From NCBI RefSeq assembly GCF_009914755.1, contig NC_060932.1: 64,000 nucleotides of DNA. One strand, 5' to 3'. Below, piece after piece: positions 58,565 through 64,000 of the stretch (position 1 is its first letter; each line of letters starts with the position of its first letter). The notes beneath the pieces are model-generated. The model was not told the origin of the DNA and searched no databases. It saw only the letters and a list, made by a program, of their open reading frames with translations. Origin of the DNA: the human T2T-CHM13v2.0 reference genome, Homo sapiens. Position numbers and translations under genes: made by a program.

Positions 58565-59157
58565 AGTGGGCAGAATTCTAGAATGGCCCTCTGAGGTACA
58601 CATCATATATCATCACTTCCCCTTGAGTGTGGGTGGAATCTGTAAGAATGATAGGATGGTCACTTCCTCAATTAGGTTAAATTATATGGCAAATGGTGAT
58701 GTGCTAGTCACTCCATACTAGCCAACTAGAGAGGGATCAGAAGTCAGAGAGACACACACCTGCTGGCCTGGAAGAAAGCAAACATCTGTGTTGCAACCTG
58801 CCTATGGGGACTACTTGGCAAGGAATCACAGGAGCCCTCTAAAAGCTAAGTGAGGACCCCAGCCAACAGCGTGCAAGAAAACAGGGACTTCAGGCCTACA
58901 ACTTCAAGGAAATGAATTCTACCAACAACCAGTAAGTTGCAAAGAGGAACTTGAGCCTTGATGAGGATTCACAGGCCCTGCTACCTCCTTGATTTCTGCC
59001 TGGTGAGACTCTCAGCAGAGGACCTAGCTAGCCTGTGCTAGGTCCTCTGTACTTGGACTCCTGACCCCTGGGACCTCTGAGATAATAAATGCATATTGTT
59101 TAAGCCAAAGCCCCAAAATTGTGGTAATTTTCTTACACAGCAATAGAAAAGGAATAT
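58565..59157 (+). mobile_element. MLT1E-like MaLR solo LTR
   Basis: 'ggcagaattcta', 'ccccttgagtgtgggtggaa', 'caaggaaatgaattctaccaacaacc', 'gagataataaatg...gttttaagcc...cagcaatagaaaa'. Confidence 0.85.
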
Positions 59158-59379
59158 AATGATGATTGTTAGAATATGGGTTGCTGATGTTCTTTATCAC
59201 ACTTGCATTGTCTTCAGAAAGAAATAACACAGTTTAGAGGGAAGACATTTGTATCTATAACATTCACCCCAAGGAGCCTAAGAGAGAGCAATCACTGACA
59301 TTTGTCTAATAGTTTGGAGTTTATTTAACTTTCATATACAATCTCATTTGAATTTTATATCATTAATATGATAGAGCTT

Positions 59380-60015
59380 GGGAAGTAGTGAATAGGAACT
59401 AAGATTCTGGAGCCAGACTGCCTGGGACTGGCTCCCTATTCTGCCACTTACTAGATGAGCTCAGTCCAGTTCCTTGACCTCTCTGTGCCTCAGTTTACTC
59501 ATCTGTAAAACAGGTGCTATCATTTGAATGTTCATCCTCTCTAAACCTCATGTCAAAATGAAATCCCTAGTGTGGTGATGTTGGGAGGTGGGGCCTAGTG
59601 GGAGTGTTTGGAAAGGGGGTAGATCCCTCATTAATAGATTAATGCTCCCCCTCAGGTTGAGTTCTTACTCAGTTCCCACGTGACCTGGCACACTACCCAC
59701 CCCCAAACACTTCCTCTCCCAACATGTGATATCTGTACATGCCTGATCCCCTTCACTTTCTACCATGAGTCTAAACAGCCTGAGACTCTCACCAGATGCC
59801 CAATCTTGAACTTTCCAGCCATCAGAATTGTAAGCCAAATAAACCATTTTTCTTTACATATTATGTAGCCTCAGGTATCCCTTTACAGCACACAAAAGGA
59901 ACTAAGACAACAGGGATGCAATAACATGTACTTCCTAGGGGTTTGTGAGCATTAAATGAGTTTACATACATAAAGTCTAGCTTATAGTGAGGATTGGATA
60001 CATGTTTATTGCTAT
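59380..60015 (+). mobile_element. MIR split by an MST LTR
   Basis: 'tctggagccagactgcctggg...ctctgtgcctcagtttactcatctgtaaaacagg' resumes 'gatgcaataac...gtgagcattaaatgag'. Confidence 0.85.
59515..59909 (+). mobile_element. MSTB1/MSTC-like MaLR solo LTR
   Basis: Starts 'tgctat', ends 'actaagaca'; perfect 5-bp TSD ACAGG (59510-59514 and 59910-59914). Confidence 0.92.
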
Positions 60016-60105
60016 TTTTATCAATGACATTATCTAAACAGACCAGCAAAGAAAAACTGGCTTTGCTCACTTCTTATTGTAACATGCTACTACAGTTGAA
60101 ATCTA

Positions 60106-60338
<233 letters not shown>

Positions 60339-63156
60339 GAAATCTAAGGTTTCAACAGATACTGCAATAAAGAGCTTGTGTATCAACCTAGAGAAAGGTA
60401 ACCTGTAGCTGGGAAAGAACACCCACTCAGCCTCTAGCTGTTATCCTGATTAGAATGGGGGAAAACAGGCAAGAATGAATGAGCTTGCTGCATACTCCAG
60501 AAAGGATCCTGGGATGAGCAGAACTATGGTTGCTTCCCAACAGGATTCTGGGTTTGAGATGAGGACACAGACCCAAGTGGGTTCCTACCACTATGATCAG
60601 CATTACATAGCCTCCATCACAGTCTTGAGCACAAACAGGCATCCATCTTCATAACAGAGCCAGACTCATAAAATGACACTTTCTAGTCAAAGATTACACC
60701 ACCAAGCCAATGGGAAGCTCCCTATGCCAGGGTTGCTGTGGTCTGATGGGCGAGTTTTGGTTTCTGGGCGCTGATGTGGTTATACCCTGTAAAAGTTTAA
60801 GGGGTGGTTAGGTTACAGGTGTATTTTCCCAGTGCAATTTTCTGTCCTATTAAAGTACCATGGGCCAGAAGACCTTCTCAGTCATCTCTCACCTATTCTG
60901 CTAATTTCTCAATTCAGGTTTTAAAGAACAACTCTTACTGGTAGGAGAAAATAGCATATCTGAGCAAATATCTACTTATCTCCTTTCTTTTATTATCTGC
61001 ACTCTTTTGTCTCTATTCCTCACCTTTGCAGCCTTTGTGCCACATAGTGACACATGCCCAATGTCCCCTTTCTATCTTATCAAGTATTTCCAAAAGTCAC
61101 TCCTCCTCAACAACAACAAATCATGGATAAAAGGAAAGGAAAGTTACAACTAAAAACACTTGACCTTATCTCCCAATAACTCAAAGGCATGTTGGTTTAT
61201 TTGAGACAGTTTACCTTAATTCACACTGGAAGATGTCCTAGAAGATCCAAGAAGTGAAGCCCAAATGCCTGCAGGATGTGTGCAGTTAGCATGCAGGAAC
61301 TGCAGGATCTAAGGTGAACCAGAGGAGCTGAGATGACCTGCCTTTTAAAACTCTGTGCAGACCTAACAGAATGGCCCAACACAACCCCCACAGTGAACCA
61401 CGTATGGCTGGGGCCACTCACTTGTAATGACCAAAGGCCTAGAGAGTAGGAGGCTCTTTCAAAGCCAGTTTGATACAGGGAATGCAGACACTGAACAAAG
61501 TCAGGAGGAGCTCAAGAGAAAGTCAAAGCAATCAGAACTGCTTTCTGAAAATTGCCATCCTAGTTGATTTTTGAGCTCAGAATTCTCCACTTGGCCTGTC
61601 CCAGTCCAAAAGGGAAGCTGGAACCACACAGCAGTCTGAATGCAAAGGCAACAATCAAGAGGAAATGCCTCAGCTGCTAGCACTCAATTAATGATCTTGG
61701 ATATTTTGATCGAAGAAAAATGTTTTCTCTCTTTAACCAAAAAAGCGAAATCACCTACTATTATAGAGTGGGTTTTAAACCATTTGGCAGCAAGCTCCAC
61801 CCATCAGAGCATTACCTATTGGGTAGAAGGTTTTTAAAACAGGCTTTTCCCCAAGGAAGAATTCCCTGCTAAAATCCCTTGAGAGCAAATGTTGCCCTAG
61901 CAAAGCTTGGTCTAGGCCTAACAGTACACACAGTCCTCAAAGAGTTTGGTGTACTTGTTATTTGTATAACAGGATGCCAAAATGGGAAATTTTTATATCT
62001 CAGTTTAGAGATTAATAGACTCCAAGGCAGAATTTCAAAGTTAATGAACAAGAACCAGTTAGAAGACAGAGACCTCTCAGCCACAACAAGAATATCAAAG
62101 TCAGAGACAAGAGAAAATCTACTAACAAAAGAATATGTGAGAAGGATTTCTTTGGAGAGAGCTGTACTTTAACCCTTGGGAAAGGTTTAGGGAGCGTCTA
62201 TTCTCACTTCAAGCCAGGTGAAGGGGAATTCAGCGGGACCACTCAGAGAGCTTCACATGGGGCTCCTACAGTTTGGAAGACTTTGTGGATGCAGATCCTA
62301 AAGCAGGTGATACACTGCGGCTTCTGACATGAGCTCAAGGAGAGGTAGCTGTGTTGGAATCCAAGTTTCTGAGTGCAGAGGATGCCTGGATGTGTCCCAC
62401 AGACCAGAAGTGAGCCACTCACAAGAGAGCTGGTGTGAGGTCACATCAGGTTATGTCTTGTCGGGTCTCCTGGACATTTCATGAGACCCCCAACTAATGA
62501 AAGCTAGAGGTGACTACCAACCAGACTCCTTGGGGTGAAGAAGGAATCAGTGAAGACAGAGGGCACATTATCTGCATCGCAGAAGCTAGAGATGAAAACA
62601 CCCCATGATCAGGGTGGCAAAGGGTAAGGGCAGAAAGCAGAGGGGGTTGGGGGATGTTAGGGGGTGGGTAGTTTCTGAAAAATCCACAGAAACATCCAGA
62701 AGGAAAAATGTTACAGGCACCTGCCAGGCCCAGAGAGTTCAAGGCTATCTAACAACAGTGACACCAAATCAAAACTTCTGGCTCCCCTTATCTTTCCATT
62801 CCAATGTGGAAGAGCCAGATGCAGTCCAGTCTTGTATGTAAAAGGAAGAGGAGAACATGAAGAAAGTAGCCAACATACCACTCCAACCAGAACAGCTGAG
62901 ATTTATCTTCAATCTGCTCTGTCGATGCATTAAGACCAAAGTATAACCTCACCTCTCACACAAGGAAGTCATTCGGTCACATGGGCTTATTCATATTTGA
63001 ACTTCACCTAACAGTTATGAGCAGTTAACTGTATTTCCCAATTCATGCAGGGCTCATGTGTGTTCTTCACCCATTTCCATTTGAGGATGATAATTTGCTA
63101 AAGTTTAAGCTTTGGAAACTCTTCTTTAGCATGAAAGAGATTCGAGTTTTTAAAAT

Positions 63157-63191
63157 TTGTTTAGTTTTTTGTTTTGTTTTGTTTTGTTTTT
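63157..63191. repeat. (GTTTT)n short tandem repeat
   Basis: Visible directly. Confidence 0.85.
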
Positions 63192-63488
63192 GGTGTTCTT
63201 CCTGCTGCCTTCTGTAATTGTTTCCATAGAGTTGACGGCTCTCTTGCCCTTAACACAGCAAGCTTCTGTATTCTTGACTAAACATTAATAGACTGACATT
63301 AATAGGTTGAAAATCTGGATGCAAGCAAAATGCTGTAACATAAAGGCTGTGGATTTGGGGGCATGGAGAAGGAAAGGTCAAAAGAATTGAGACTATTAAG
63401 GAGTGAACTAGAATGGGACTTGAAGTATAAAAGGTAAAATGTTAGGCGGTTAGTTAGGAGCTGTTCATCTCCATTACAGACAGGAAAT

Positions 63489-63636
63489 GAAAAGAAGAGG
63501 AAGAAGAAGAGAAGGAGGAGGAAGAGGAGGAGGAGGAGGAAGAGAAGGGGCAGGGGACAGGGAGGGGGAGGAGGAGGATGGGGAAAGGGAAGGGGAAGGG
63601 GAAGGGGAAGCAGCAGCAGAAGCAGCAGCAGCAGCT
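63489..63636. repeat. Composite purine-rich repeat: (GAA/GGA)n, (GGGGA/GGGGAA)n, (GCA)n
   Basis: Visible directly; almost no pyrimidines on the + strand until the GCA block. Confidence 0.9.
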
Positions 63637-64000
63637 GTATGTGTTGTATTAAGTCAGGCTGGCGTTAGGGGGCTTGGAAGGAGAAAATTACATTACTGCT
63701 CGTTGTCTTTGCTTCCCTCTCCCTACCTGAAGTAAAGGCCAAGCCAGAAAGAAGATATCTTAAGCCCTGAGACAAGGACTCTGGTTACATTCTTACGGGG
63801 AAGAAAAACAATTTAAGCATTTTTTCAAAGACTCTAGTTTGCCTCAAATTCTTGAAATTCAAATGGTATTAGAATCTCTGAGCACCAACACATGAAATTT
63901 TAACATATGTTCACTTACTTGCAGCCAGTGATGACCTTCATTTTAAGCAGAATATGTTAAAACAACACTTGAAACATTACTACATGTATTATTTTTAAAA

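Noticed and set aside
62140-63070. Possible old LTR with a small GGGTCTC...GAGACCC inverted repeat
   Set aside because: Family and boundaries are not supportable from sequence alone
63487-63735. 82-aa Gly/Glu/Ala-rich ORF
   Set aside because: It is a translation of a simple repeat

Overview
Primate (most likely human or great-ape) non-coding genomic DNA, about half or more of it interspersed repeats. I recognise no cellular protein-coding exon, RNA gene, CpG island or CRISPR array. The main elements are a full-length inactivated L1PA (19750-25890, perfect 15-bp TSD), a THE1 MaLR provirus (45655-47852, minus), an ancient ERVL pol/IN/dUTPase remnant with PPT and 3' LTR (about 51680-54625), eight Alus, many solo LTRs (several with intact 5-bp TSDs), old L1M, L2, CR1, MIR and DNA-transposon fossils, and microsatellites. 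L1, Alu, LTR and poly(A) orientation is strongly skewed to the + strand, which suggests a long intron of a minus-strand gene. Consistent with that, the minus strand carries a candidate recursive-splicing site (7685-7727) and several strong candidate cassette exons. I found no solid evidence for a new biological system. The best leads are these splice signals, an unusual duplication of the L1 ORF0 start codon, a CpG-preserved AluY, and template-switch hairpins. Subfamily names come from recalled consensus sequences and need RepeatMasker/Dfam confirmation; boundaries without a TSD are approximate.
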